NCBI GenBank assembly: GCA_964347555.1
Contig: CAYFZT010000001.1
Location: 1-59,730, forward strand
DNA from: an uncultured Candidatus Bathyarchaeia archaeon
GTDB taxonomy: Archaea; Thermoproteota; Bathyarchaeia; Bathyarchaeales; Bathyarchaeaceae
Reading direction: 5' to 3'
Length of the DNA stretch: 59,730 nt
The notes under the pieces: generated by a model
Databases searched by the model: none
What the model was told of the DNA's origin: nothing
What the model saw: the letters and a program-made list of their open reading frames with translations, nothing else
Shown here: positions 1-9,008 of the stretch, piece after piece
Layout: each line of letters starts with the position of its first letter
How positions within the stretch are numbered: the first letter of the stretch is position 1
Position numbers and translations under genes: made by a program

Positions 1-28
1 GAAACGCACGGAGCCACGAGGTAAGGAG

Positions 29-1525
29 ATGCAAAAGCGCGGGAAATCTAACACCATCAAGTTCGGATCAGTATTCCTCGGATGCGTGTTTATATTAAGT
101 AGCCAAGTTTTGGCTTCCACCTCTTATAAGGTTGAGCAGCAATTCCCTCCTCGTTCTATTGCTTCCAATGATGTAACGAGGGATTATTGGCCCACTGAAG
201 GTTGGCAAGTCTCGACTCCAGCTGCCCAGAATATGACAGAAACGCGATTAGACGAGATGTCCGCCTATATTGAAACGGAAGGATTTGCCATTGATTCCAT
301 CCTCATAGTTCGCAATGGATACATCGTCTTTGAACAGTATCTTAACCCGGAACACAATCAAAACTCCCTTAATCCAATCTTTTCCTGCACGAAAAGCGTT
401 CTTTCAGCCCTCACAGGTATTGCAATTGACAAAGGATTTGTTGAGAGTGTTGACCAAGAGATTCTTGATTTCTTCCCAAATCAAACATTTGTAAATCCTG
501 ATCCTCGGAAAGAGAACATCAGCATTAAGCATCTCTTAACTATGACCTCAGGGTTTGATTGGCATGAGCTCGATGTTCCTTATGGTGATCCAGATAACAG
601 TTTCACCCAACTTGTGACCAGCACCAACTGGGTTCAGTACGTTCTAGGCAGACCTATGGTTGCCGATCCAGGAGAAATATGGAACTATAACACTGGTGAC
701 TTTCATCTGCTATCTGCCTTTCTTCAGAATGCTACTGGTCTTCCAACCAGAGAATTTGCCATTAACTCTCTCTTAGCCCCCATGGGAGTCGTCGATTCCT
801 TCTGGCAGACCGACCCCCAAGGAATTACTTTCGGCGGGAGTGGGCTTGAATTAACGCCCCGCTCAATGGCAAAGTTTGGATTTCTTTATCTGAATAATGG
901 CACCTGGGATAACCAACAACTTGTACCCAAAGATTGGGTTGTCTCATCGACCTCAAGCTACTCTTCCATAACCAACACCACAGATTACTGCTATGGTTGG
1001 TGGAGAAACCGGGAGCTACATACGTATTACGCATTAGGGTATGCCGGGCAGTTAATCTATGTTGTTCCACAATATGACCTAGTGGTTGTCTTTACTTCGT
1101 TCGAGAGAACACATTGGCCATATAACGATTTGCTGGTCCGATACGTTTTTTCCTCGCTTGAAGAGGAATCCGATCAGCTCTTGAGCATCGATAGATTGGT
1201 GCTAGCACTCGTGATAGTTGTTTCTGTGTTGGTGCTAGGATTTGTCATTGTTCGCAGAATGCTGGGGCGAAGAGAAGCGCGCGCGCATTGGAAAGCCACA
1301 ACAGAATATCACAAAACCAAGGACATTCTCCACGTCATGCAGTTGCTCGGACATAGAAACATTAGGAATACACTAATCTATACACAATTGGTTGATGCCA
1401 AAAGTGATGAATTCCACTCAGCCACAGCCAGGACAGCAGATGAAGCAAGAAAGTTGGTTGAAACAGGATTCGAATACATCTGCACTACTCCTGAGGATCT
1501 CATGCTGTTCAGAAAGCGAAAATGA
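29..1525 (+). CDS. Secreted or membrane-anchored serine hydrolase (beta-lactamase/PBP-like fold), with its 3' end fused in frame to an integrase remnant
   Basis: Signal-like N-terminus (FGSVFLGCVFILSSQVLA). S-x-x-K motif (FSCTKS). The WNYNTGDFHLL and GYAGQLIYV segments are typical of class C beta-lactamase-like esterases. A hydrophobic anchor (LVLALVIVVSVLVLGFVIV) is followed by unrelated recombinase sequence. Confidence 0.7.
   Translation: MQKRGKSNTIKFGSVFLGCVFILSSQVLASTSYKVEQQFPPRSIASNDVTRDYWPTEGWQVSTPAAQNMTETRLDEMSAYIETEGFAIDSILIVRNGYIVFEQYLNPEHNQNSLNPIFSCTKSVLSALTGIAIDKGFVESVDQEILDFFPNQTFVNPDPRKENISIKHLLTMTSGFDWHELDVPYGDPDNSFTQLVTSTNWVQYVLGRPMVADPGEIWNYNTGDFHLLSAFLQNATGLPTREFAINSLLAPMGVVDSFWQTDPQGITFGGSGLELTPRSMAKFGFLYLNNGTWDNQQLVPKDWVVSSTSSYSSITNTTDYCYGWWRNRELHTYYALGYAGQLIYVVPQYDLVVVFTSFERTHWPYNDLLVRYVFSSLEEESDQLLSIDRLVLALVIVVSVLVLGFVIVRRMLGRREARAHWKATTEYHKTKDILHVMQLLGHRNIRNTLIYTQLVDAKSDEFHSATARTADEARKLVETGFEYICTTPEDLMLFRKRK
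1277..1525 (+). mobile_element. C-terminal remnant (about 82 codons) of a tyrosine recombinase/integrase, fused to the upstream ORF
   Basis: Reads ARAHWKATTEYHKTKDILHVMQLLGHRNIRNTLIYTQL...GFEYICTTPEDLMLFRKRK. This matches the box II region (R-H-W, LLGH, catalytic Tyr in IYTQ) and the FRKRK tail I recall from archaeal integrases. The N-terminal catalytic residues are absent. The junction lies at a (GC)5 run, 1277-1286. Confidence 0.6.
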
Positions 1526-1631
1526 ATGTAACGTTATATGCAGAAAATTCTACGTTAAGGTTATTACAAGGAACCTTAAGAATACACTCTGCGAATCAAC
1601 ATAGCCCGGAAAAAAGCGAATCTTATAGCGA

Positions 1632-1738
1632 AGCCCGGTGGAGGAGCACCAGTACCGTTTGACTCCGCCGAATGTAGTGGACAAGCATAGCGGGCTTTGG
1701 ACCCGCTGACGGGAGTTCGAATCTCCCCCGGGCTACCA
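1632..1738 (+). tRNA. tRNA-Gln (anticodon UUG) with an insertion of about 31 nt (non-canonical intron) at the acceptor/D-arm junction; CCA is encoded
   Basis: Acceptor AGCCCGG (1632-1638) pairs with CCGGGCT (1728-1734), followed by discriminator A and CCA. T-arm is GGGAG-TTCGAAT-CTCCC (1711-1727). Anticodon arm is GCGGG-CTTTGGA-CCCGC (1690-1706). D-loop is AGTGGACAA (1676-1684). The extra segment at about 1641-1672 contains an internal helix, GGAG/CTCC. Confidence 0.75.
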
Positions 1739-1895
1739 TCGACCAAGTCGGGCACTTTTTGAACTCTTTGGTAAGCATTTGAGAAGCATTGTCTATTTTT
1801 CTCGGGTATATATTTCTTGCTTCTGAATGTTGTTCACGTAAGCCATAAATAACATATTAGCTAATCTCAGAAGACGACGCTTTGGTGTCAAACTG

Positions 1896-2690
1896 ATGGA
1901 TGAACAGTCACGCTACTACACTCTACTCAGAGATCCCACCCGCCGAAAAATAATTGAGATACTAGGCGAACAGAAGAAAATAGGCTTCAAAGAACTGAAA
2001 CAGACGTTAGGGCTAGGCGTTGGAACAGTCTATTATCATTTAGACATGCTCTCAGACTACTTAACCCAAGACAAACAGCGAAAATACCTTCTGAATGACC
2101 ATGGGCGTCTCTTGTACAGGTCGCTGAAAGAAGGGACATCACCTCCATCGACATTGCCTATGAGTGAAACTTTTAGTCATCGCACAGTCAAGTGGTTGTT
2201 CTTGTCGCCACTCTTTGCGAAAACTTCTCAACCTTTGAAGTTGTTCCCCGTCGCTCTTGCTATTCTGGTTTTAGGCGCGCTTGGCTCCGCTTCAGCCTCG
2301 TCGCAGTCACTACTATTCTTTTACTCATCGTTTACAGTCTACGAGTTCGAAACAACAGCCCTGTTGTACCTTTTCAACTGGATTAGCCTTTTTCTCTTCT
2401 CAGATTTGATTATCTACATTTTTTTCAAACGGATTGGTGGAGACCTGCAACTATTCGTCTGCCTAGGAATCGCATCTGTTCCCATGGCTTTGTTTCCTTA
2501 CATCTACCTGTTCCTCTCATACGAGATTGCCCGCTACTTTCTCTTGATACTCCAGATTTGGAGTGTAATGCTACTATCCTCGGCGTATTCCTTCAGCAAG
2601 GGACTGCGTCTGGATAAAACTGTCGTTCTAAGCCTGTTGGTGCTCTACTTGAATGTCGTGGTCTTACTTGCTACAGGACAATTATCTTAG
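1896..2690 (+). CDS. Membrane-tethered ArsR-type wHTH protein
   Basis: N-terminal wHTH (RRKIIEILGEQKKIGFKELKQTLGLGVGTVYYHLDML) followed by about five hydrophobic helices. Confidence 0.65.
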   Translation: MDEQSRYYTLLRDPTRRKIIEILGEQKKIGFKELKQTLGLGVGTVYYHLDMLSDYLTQDKQRKYLLNDHGRLLYRSLKEGTSPPSTLPMSETFSHRTVKWLFLSPLFAKTSQPLKLFPVALAILVLGALGSASASSQSLLFFYSSFTVYEFETTALLYLFNWISLFLFSDLIIYIFFKRIGGDLQLFVCLGIASVPMALFPYIYLFLSYEIARYFLLILQIWSVMLLSSAYSFSKGLRLDKTVVLSLLVLYLNVVVLLATGQLS

Positions 2691-2782
2691 GGTTCTAGAA
2701 CTGTTCTATGGTGAAGTTCTAGGTTTCTCGAAACGTTTTCCTTAAAAGAAGCGATTTCTAAGTATATCTCGGTGAAAAGCGC

Positions 2783-4108
2783 TTGAAAATGCGAAAAAAT
2801 CTTGTTGGAACCGCCATCTTAGCGATTCTCGTCGTCTCTCTAGCACTTCCATTGGCGACTCCATCTGCATCTGCTGAAAACGATCAGGTTCAAGCAACTT
2901 GGAGAACAGAGGGAGAGTGGACCTACATTCAAAACGATATGATTACTATAGTGTTTCCAGCAGGCGGCGAAAAACCAATGTTTCTGTGGTGGTACACAAA
3001 AGATCCTGACAACATCAATGTAGTCAAATACAAAGGACTAATTGAATATGTGACCTTTGACGAGCCGTATTTCATCTGGAGACAACAAGCAGAGGCTTGG
3101 AGGATAAGAGAACGAATACAAGCCCATTATTACGAACCCAGGCGTCACATGATCCAGGACATGGTTAGATTAAGAGCCCTTCTGCAAATTCTCTCAGACA
3201 TCGGAAACTATACTGGTCTTCACAGACCTTATCTGCCCTTTAGTGGTAGCCGTTGGGAACTGAGCAATCCAGTAAACGTCACAAAGGGCGACGTGAAATA
3301 TCTCAGCTTCAACTTCACTCTGGTGGAAGTCCCAGGGTACATGCCAAACCTACAATTCGCAGAGAACAACATAATCATCAGATGCAAATTCTATTACACG
3401 CCAGCCACCGAAGATGTTGACGGCCAGTACACCTACACGGTGAACGCAGGCGAATTCAAAATGGACCTAATAGTGAAACATTGGGATTGGAACATTGACA
3501 AGCTAAAGCCTCTATTGCAAGCACTCAGGGAAGAAGGAATCGACGTTCCTGAAGGCAAAGCGGGATTGGCATTGTGGATCAATTTGGCTTCTATTGGCAT
3601 GATTAGGTTTGCTGAAGATGACGTGGTCACCGCTGAAGATTCCAGCTTCACAGAAGAGGCATCAACAGCTACAAGTATCTACGTTGAAGGACAGAAAGTT
3701 TCAGTGGCTCAAAACCTGACAAATGTGGAAGATGAACGTCCATTGCAGTATCGCGGAAGAGAACGTTTTAAGTTTCGCTTTGAAAGAGGCAACGCTACGT
3801 TTGCCGGCTTCTTTACGTTTGTTCCTAAAGCCCTAGTTAGAGATCCTGTGAACAACACTGTAACAGATGTTGTCGATGTGACTGCTGCCTATATTGCAGC
3901 TGGCAGACACATGCGTGTGTTCCTTGGCTATCCTTACTTTGGTAACAGTGTTCTTGAGCATGATCCGTCGCTTGGTATTGAAGGTCTTCCTCAGTTGATA
4001 ACCCCGAGTCTCCTGATCACGTTAGTTGCAGCTACTGCGGTCATCACTGTTATAATCTTAGTTGTTCGCCGGAAAAGAAAAATAGTCAATGTAGTTGGCG
4101 TTTCATAA
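2783..4108 (+). CDS. Cell-surface protein of unknown function (signal peptide, C-terminal membrane anchor)
   Basis: Signal peptide ILAILVVSLALPLATPSASA. Several N-x-S/T sequons. C-terminal TM segment followed by RRKRK. No catalytic motif recognised. Confidence 0.65.
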   Translation: MKMRKNLVGTAILAILVVSLALPLATPSASAENDQVQATWRTEGEWTYIQNDMITIVFPAGGEKPMFLWWYTKDPDNINVVKYKGLIEYVTFDEPYFIWRQQAEAWRIRERIQAHYYEPRRHMIQDMVRLRALLQILSDIGNYTGLHRPYLPFSGSRWELSNPVNVTKGDVKYLSFNFTLVEVPGYMPNLQFAENNIIIRCKFYYTPATEDVDGQYTYTVNAGEFKMDLIVKHWDWNIDKLKPLLQALREEGIDVPEGKAGLALWINLASIGMIRFAEDDVVTAEDSSFTEEASTATSIYVEGQKVSVAQNLTNVEDERPLQYRGRERFKFRFERGNATFAGFFTFVPKALVRDPVNNTVTDVVDVTAAYIAAGRHMRVFLGYPYFGNSVLEHDPSLGIEGLPQLITPSLLITLVAATAVITVIILVVRRKRKIVNVVGVS

Positions 4109-4232
4109 AACCCTCTTTTTTCATGCTTCCTGCGAATCTGTTTATTTCATCGGAATAACAGGAACATTTATATATTTCGATTTCTATTAGATATTTTTCG
4201 AATTAAAATAGAAAAATGGTAAATTAAGGAAG

Positions 4233-4808
4233 GTGAATATCAAATTGCATGAAGACACGAAGGAAGAAATGAGAAGACTAAAGGAGGAAATGGCAAGCTT
4301 AAAGGAACAGCTTAAAGCCGTGCTTTCTGAAGGAGAGCGAAAAAGAAAGCGTGGCATACATATCGACATTGGCAACCGCGTACATGACTACATTGAAGAT
4401 GTCATGGAAGGCGTCGCTGAAGGCATACACGGCGAGCTGGAAAGATCCATTTTCATAGGACCAAGAGGTGTCAGAATCTTCAAAAAGAGAGAGCCACATG
4501 AAAGAGAGGAAGAGGCAGAAGTAAATCTTCCCAAAATGGCTGAAGTCATGAGCGCTCTAGGTCAAGAACACAGGTTGGGAATACTACGTGAACTTATGAG
4601 CGGAGGAAAATACATCAACGAGTTGCAAGAGAAACTTTCGGACATAACCACAAGCACACTCTCAAGCCATCTGAAAGTGCTTGAAGAAGCAGGACTCGTT
4701 GTTCAGGAGAAAGTTAGAGGACGCTACCTCATTACCATGCCTGGTAGAGCCGCCTACAAAATGGCAAGACGGGTTACCCGATTCTTAGAGAGAAGGAACA
4801 GAGAATGA
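4233..4808 (+). CDS. ArsR-family transcriptional regulator with an N-terminal coiled coil
   Basis: C-terminal wHTH (HRLGILRELMSGGKYINELQEKLSDITTSTLSSHLKVLEEAGLVVQEK). N-terminal heptad-like EEMRRLKEEMASLKEQLKAV. GTG start. Confidence 0.7.
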   Translation: MNIKLHEDTKEEMRRLKEEMASLKEQLKAVLSEGERKRKRGIHIDIGNRVHDYIEDVMEGVAEGIHGELERSIFIGPRGVRIFKKREPHEREEEAEVNLPKMAEVMSALGQEHRLGILRELMSGGKYINELQEKLSDITTSTLSSHLKVLEEAGLVVQEKVRGRYLITMPGRAAYKMARRVTRFLERRNRE

Positions 4809-5407
4809 TAGGGAAAGAGTTTCGACTTGACAGCCAAGTTTTCAAAGTAACTGAGACCTTGAAGTTATGGAAAACGGAGAAAGGCATCATAGAGATCAGT
4901 GAAAATACCTTAGCTATTCCAGTGAAGCTTAAGGACGAGTTGCAAGGCTACGTATTTCATGGACAAGGCAAACTACTTCTAGACGCTATTGTAGAAACTG
5001 AAGAAGGTGCTGTGGGGAAATCTGTTGAAAAAGAACTGGAAAAACCTTTTCTAATGTTAGGCGACGCAAAGGAAATCCAGCAATATCTCACAAAGGCAGG
5101 CGAACAAGACTTCGCAAAAATTGGCTATAAAAGTCAGCAAGAATTTATAGAAGGTGCAGAAGATTTGTGTGACCTCTTTTTCAGAGGACGAGTACATAGC
5201 CATAAAAGTTTCAACGAAAACCATGGCTTAATTTTCGCTTTTCAGAATGAAACCAGTAAATTTGACCTTCTTGTTGCTAAAGGTTCTAAACTGGTTTACA
5301 AGGCGAGGGATATGATTTTTGTGTCAAATAGACATAAAGTGGTTCTGAAAAGTCCAGGAGAAATGGTGTGCACGAATAATAGCAGATCCGTCATTATCAA
5401 GAAATAG
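4805..5407 (+). CDS. Hypothetical protein, translationally coupled to the ArsR gene
   Basis: ATGA start/stop overlap with 4233..4808. 200 aa with no recognisable motif. Confidence 0.55.
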   Translation: MIGKEFRLDSQVFKVTETLKLWKTEKGIIEISENTLAIPVKLKDELQGYVFHGQGKLLLDAIVETEEGAVGKSVEKELEKPFLMLGDAKEIQQYLTKAGEQDFAKIGYKSQQEFIEGAEDLCDLFFRGRVHSHKSFNENHGLIFAFQNETSKFDLLVAKGSKLVYKARDMIFVSNRHKVVLKSPGEMVCTNNSRSVIIKK

Positions 5408-5548
5408 CCCTCTTTCTCTTTTTTAATATAAATTATCCAAGTGTACCCGAAAAATTCTCAAAACTTCAGCGTTAGCTTTTCATGGATGTTTGAGTTAACA
5501 AGGTTCGATTTAAATGTAAAAAATAGCTGGCTAAACGTAGTGTAGTGC

Positions 5549-5880
5549 TTAAATGCAATCGTCATGCATTTTGCGTGTTCGTGTCTTAATCCATTCAGTT
5601 ACTCTTTCTTCAGTTGTTATTTCGGCTTGTTTTTGTACTTCGAGTTTTTCTTGTATGAGCGCTAGCAGCTTCTCTGGCTTGACGGGTTTAATGATGTATG
5701 CATCTGCTCCTAGGTTTAGGGCTTCAACGGCGTTTTCCAGTGATGGTACTGAGCCGACTGGTCACCTTGACAACTTCCGCTCGCGCATCTATCTTGTTGA
5801 ATAATCTGTTCCTTGAGTTGTCTGATTCAACTTGTATGAAGGTGAAGTCTGGATTATGAGTAACCAGTCATATTCAGAAT
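5549..5880 (-). pseudogene. Decayed CheY-like receiver domain (frameshifted, no start codon)
   Basis: My own minus-strand translation gives NPDFTFIQVESDNSRNRLFNKIDARAEVVKVT in one frame. After a frame change near 5760 it gives GSVPSLENAVEALNLGADAYIIKPVKPEKLLALIQEKL, ending at a stop at 5549-5551. The second stretch is a typical receiver alpha4-beta5-alpha5 sequence. The listed + strand ORF 5553..5804 is its shadow. Confidence 0.55.
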
Positions 5881-5961
5881 CCAAATAAAACACAACATGT
5901 GTGATACCTATTTCTCGACTGGAGACTCCACGGAGAATAAAAACACAAAATCCATGCCTTT

Positions 5962-7755
5962 TTAGTTCTCTTTAGCTGGTACGTAATAATATTCGGCTAT
6001 CTTCTTTTGGTATCTGTCAAGTTTTGAGCCTTCCTTGTTCACCCTTGGTCTTCTAGTTTCAAGGTCTCGTCTAAAAGTGATCTTCATCTCTTTGAGAAAT
6101 TCATTCATCCCAGCCCGGAGAGTTGTTGGCAGATTAGCAACGCCCTCTGTTCCAGGTCTGCCAGTAAAAATTATCAGGCGATCAGCAATGAAGTCTTCGG
6201 CGACAACATCGTGCTCAACGACAAATGCCGTTGCGCTTCGATTTTCAATTACTCGTCTTATGGTTCGTGCCATGGATAGGCGTTCTTCTACATCCAAGTA
6301 GGCGCTGGGTTCGTCGAGTAGGTAAAGCTGAGCTTTTCTGGAAAGGCATGCTGCTATGGCTACTTTTTGAAGTTCACCTCCGCTCAGTTGAGTTATGTCG
6401 CGGTCCATGATAGAAAGCACATTGAGGGGTTGTGCGATTTCGCTTTTGTACCAGCCAGACTCGAAATCTTCCTTTGCCATGCTTTTCAGCAGTTCTTCTA
6501 CGGTGCCTTTATACTCTGCTGAGATGTACTGGGGCTTGTAGCTCACTGTTAGTTCCTCTTTCACTGGCGGGAGTCCTCTGTTTGGCTGTTCTATTCCCGC
6601 CAGGAGTTTCACTAAGGTGGTCTTGCCTATGCCGTTTGGTCCGAGAATGCCTATGACTTCACCTTTTTTTGCTTCTCCAGCCTCAACTGTCAGGGAGAAC
6701 TCTTCGTAAGATTTTTCCATGGCACTCCATTTCAGCACTGTTTCGCCTGTAGTTCTGCTTGTTGTTGGGGGTTTTACATGGAACATGATGGGTTCTTTTC
6801 TGAATCGTATGTTTTCGTCTGGGATGAAGCCTTGAAGATATATGTTGATGCCTGTTCTCACTCCGTGCACGTGGGAAACTATGCCGTAGACTCGTGGGTG
6901 ACCGTAGAAGACGCAGATTTGGTCAGACAGATAGTCGAGGATGGCGAGGTCGTGTTCAGCTACAATCACTGTCTTCTCGTCTTTCTTTAAGCCTCGTATA
7001 GCCCTTGCTGCTTGGAGACGTTGCTTCACATCCAAATAACTTGAGGGTTCATCGAAGAGATAGACATCTGCTTCCCTGCTGATTGTGGCTGCGATGGCTA
7101 CTCTCTGCAGTTCGCCTCCACTTAAAACGTCAAGGCTTCGCTTCAGAATGTTTTCAAGCTGTAACTGCTCAACGAGAACATCAAGCATACCTTTTTCGTC
7201 AACTTTATTGAGAAGGTCACCTACTTTGCCGTGGACAACTTGCGAAATTCTATCTACATACTGGGGCTTGTGCACTACTCTGAGCTTGTTGTTGCTTAAC
7301 TGTTCAAAATATTCTTGAAGAACTGAACCGCGAAAGTGTTGGATTATCTCAGACCAGTCTGGGGGTGTGCCGTAATTTCCAAGGTTGAGTTTAATTTCGC
7401 CTGAGAGCATTTTTAGCGCCGTGGTTTTTCCAATACCGTTCTGTCCTAACAGCCCCAGCACTATACCTGAAGAAGGGATGGGTAGTCGGAAAAGTTTGAA
7501 GGTGTTTGGTCCAAATCTGTGGCTGCACTCTTCTTCAAGTTCATCTGGAAGGTTGACTATAAAGAGCGCGTCGAAGGGGCATTTTCTAACACAGATGCCG
7601 CATCCAACACATAGAGTCTCTACTACAACAGGTTTACCTTTCTCAAAACGGATAGCTTCAATCTTGCTTCTAACAGGTGGACAGAAACGATAGCAAACTC
7701 TACCGCAACGTTTAGGATCACATCGATCTTCGTCTAGAACCGCAACTCGAACCAT
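5962..7755 (-). CDS. ABCE1 (RNase L inhibitor homolog), ribosome-recycling ATPase
   Basis: N-terminal 2x[4Fe-4S] region (CDPKRCGRVCYRFCP, CVGCGICVRKCP). Two ABC cassettes (GQNGIGKTT, GPNGIGKTT, two LSGGELQ signatures). The probable start is the internal Met of MVRVAVLDEDRC at 7755, not 7806. Confidence 0.9.
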   Translation of the reverse strand: MVRVAVLDEDRCDPKRCGRVCYRFCPPVRSKIEAIRFEKGKPVVVETLCVGCGICVRKCPFDALFIVNLPDELEEECSHRFGPNTFKLFRLPIPSSGIVLGLLGQNGIGKTTALKMLSGEIKLNLGNYGTPPDWSEIIQHFRGSVLQEYFEQLSNNKLRVVHKPQYVDRISQVVHGKVGDLLNKVDEKGMLDVLVEQLQLENILKRSLDVLSGGELQRVAIAATISREADVYLFDEPSSYLDVKQRLQAARAIRGLKKDEKTVIVAEHDLAILDYLSDQICVFYGHPRVYGIVSHVHGVRTGINIYLQGFIPDENIRFRKEPIMFHVKPPTTSRTTGETVLKWSAMEKSYEEFSLTVEAGEAKKGEVIGILGPNGIGKTTLVKLLAGIEQPNRGLPPVKEELTVSYKPQYISAEYKGTVEELLKSMAKEDFESGWYKSEIAQPLNVLSIMDRDITQLSGGELQKVAIAACLSRKAQLYLLDEPSAYLDVEERLSMARTIRRVIENRSATAFVVEHDVVAEDFIADRLIIFTGRPGTEGVANLPTTLRAGMNEFLKEMKITFRRDLETRRPRVNKEGSKLDRYQKKIAEYYYVPAKEN

Positions 7756-7831
7756 GGTTGTTCCGTTTGTCCTATCTGTTTGAACAACAAAAAATGGAAC
7801 AAGCAAGTAATAAACTTACATGCGTTTTTAA

Positions 7832-8797
7832 CTAGGAAGTGTCTTTAACAATTTTCGCTTTTGAGGCAGCTAATGGTTCACTCATTTCAGATGTCATGTA
7901 AGCCCAGCATAAATGCCGAGAGTTGTGAGCAACACCGATTCCTCCTTGCATATCAACGGCAATCAAACCTATTGACTCCTTGAGACGTATCCTTCTGTTC
8001 ACAAGTTTAACGGCGTTTTCCACTGCCTCTTGAGCTGGTTGTCCGTTACGCATGAAGTCGCAAGTGGTCTTAGATAAAACCAGTCTAACTGAGACCTCAC
8101 CTATTCCAGTGGTTGAACAAGCTCCAGCCTCGTTGTCAGCATAGGTGCCGCATCCAATAAGAGGCGTGTCCCCTATTCTCCCCCGAAGCTTCAGAGTTAG
8201 CCCACCAGTAGACGTTGCGGTAGCCGAGTTTCCCTCCTTGTCAAGGGCTACTGCTCCCACAGTATCAGTTTCAAAAAGACTTGGATAAGATGAAAGCAGT
8301 TTTTTGAGCTTCGGCAAATAATAGATCCCTTTTTCACGGTTCAGTTTCTGTTTAAGTTCTCGCCAATACCGCACTCGAAGCTCTGTAAGTGGCTCGCTTT
8401 TTTCTAAGCGGAAAATTTCTGCAAGTTTTTCTGCTGCGGTGGAGGTAACAAAGACGTGATCTGTGTTTTCCATCACGATTCTGGCTAGACGAACTGGATT
8501 CTTAATGTCCTTCAGAAGCCCAACCGCTCCAGCGTTAAGAGTTTTTCCATCCATAATTGAAGCTTCCATCTCCACTCGTCTGTCCAACGTTAAGGCAGAG
8601 CCCTTTCCAGCATTGAAAACTTCGTTATCTTCCATACAAACAACTGCAGCCTCCACAGCGTCTAAAGCGCTTCCACCAGCCTCCAATATTTCAAAGCCAA
8701 CAGCAGCTGCTTCCTTAGCGCCAGACACCCCTAATTCTCTTCTCTCTGGAAGCCAGACCCCTGCTCCTCCGTGAACAACGATAACTGGCTTTCTCAT
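7832..8797 (-). CDS. Isoaspartyl peptidase / plant-type L-asparaginase (Ntn hydrolase)
   Basis: VVHGGAG N-terminus, autoprocessing site DTVGAVALD, and GIGE/HNS segments typical of the family. Confidence 0.8.
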   Translation of the reverse strand: MRKPVIVVHGGAGVWLPERRELGVSGAKEAAAVGFEILEAGGSALDAVEAAVVCMEDNEVFNAGKGSALTLDRRVEMEASIMDGKTLNAGAVGLLKDIKNPVRLARIVMENTDHVFVTSTAAEKLAEIFRLEKSEPLTELRVRYWRELKQKLNREKGIYYLPKLKKLLSSYPSLFETDTVGAVALDKEGNSATATSTGGLTLKLRGRIGDTPLIGCGTYADNEAGACSTTGIGEVSVRLVLSKTTCDFMRNGQPAQEAVENAVKLVNRRIRLKESIGLIAVDMQGGIGVAHNSRHLCWAYMTSEMSEPLAASKAKIVKDTS

Positions 8798-9008
8798 AGC
8801 CTTCCCCTCGACTTAAATGAAGTAATTACGTGCTTAATCTTCGAATTTAAAATCTTTGTATAACCTATCTCGCCTGAACAGTACTGGCTTTCTCAAAATC
8901 TGCAGAATAGAAAACGCTAAAAGAGAAAAAAAGGTTAAGCTTTTCTCGGTGGCCTGCGCTGAAGTTTTCTTTTGTTGGTCACTTGTAGCGTTAGAGTGTT
9001 GAAGAGCT

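Noticed and set aside
1603-1609. Second copy of AGCCCGG upstream of the tRNA, considered as a possible att direct repeat
   Set aside because: At only 7 nt it is too short to distinguish from chance.
5490-5510. GGTTCGATTT resembling the tRNA T-loop, considered as a possible distal att site for an island starting at the tRNA
   Set aside because: It shares only about 8 nt with the tRNA and has no extended identity.
5553-5804. 83-aa + strand ORF from the track
   Set aside because: It is Ser/Cys/Phe-rich and low in complexity. It lies exactly antisense to the recognisable receiver-domain remnant, so it is a shadow ORF.
6035-7693. Six + strand ORFs inside the ABCE1 gene
   Set aside because: All are antisense to a strongly supported conserved gene and have an Ser/Arg/Leu-rich shadow composition.
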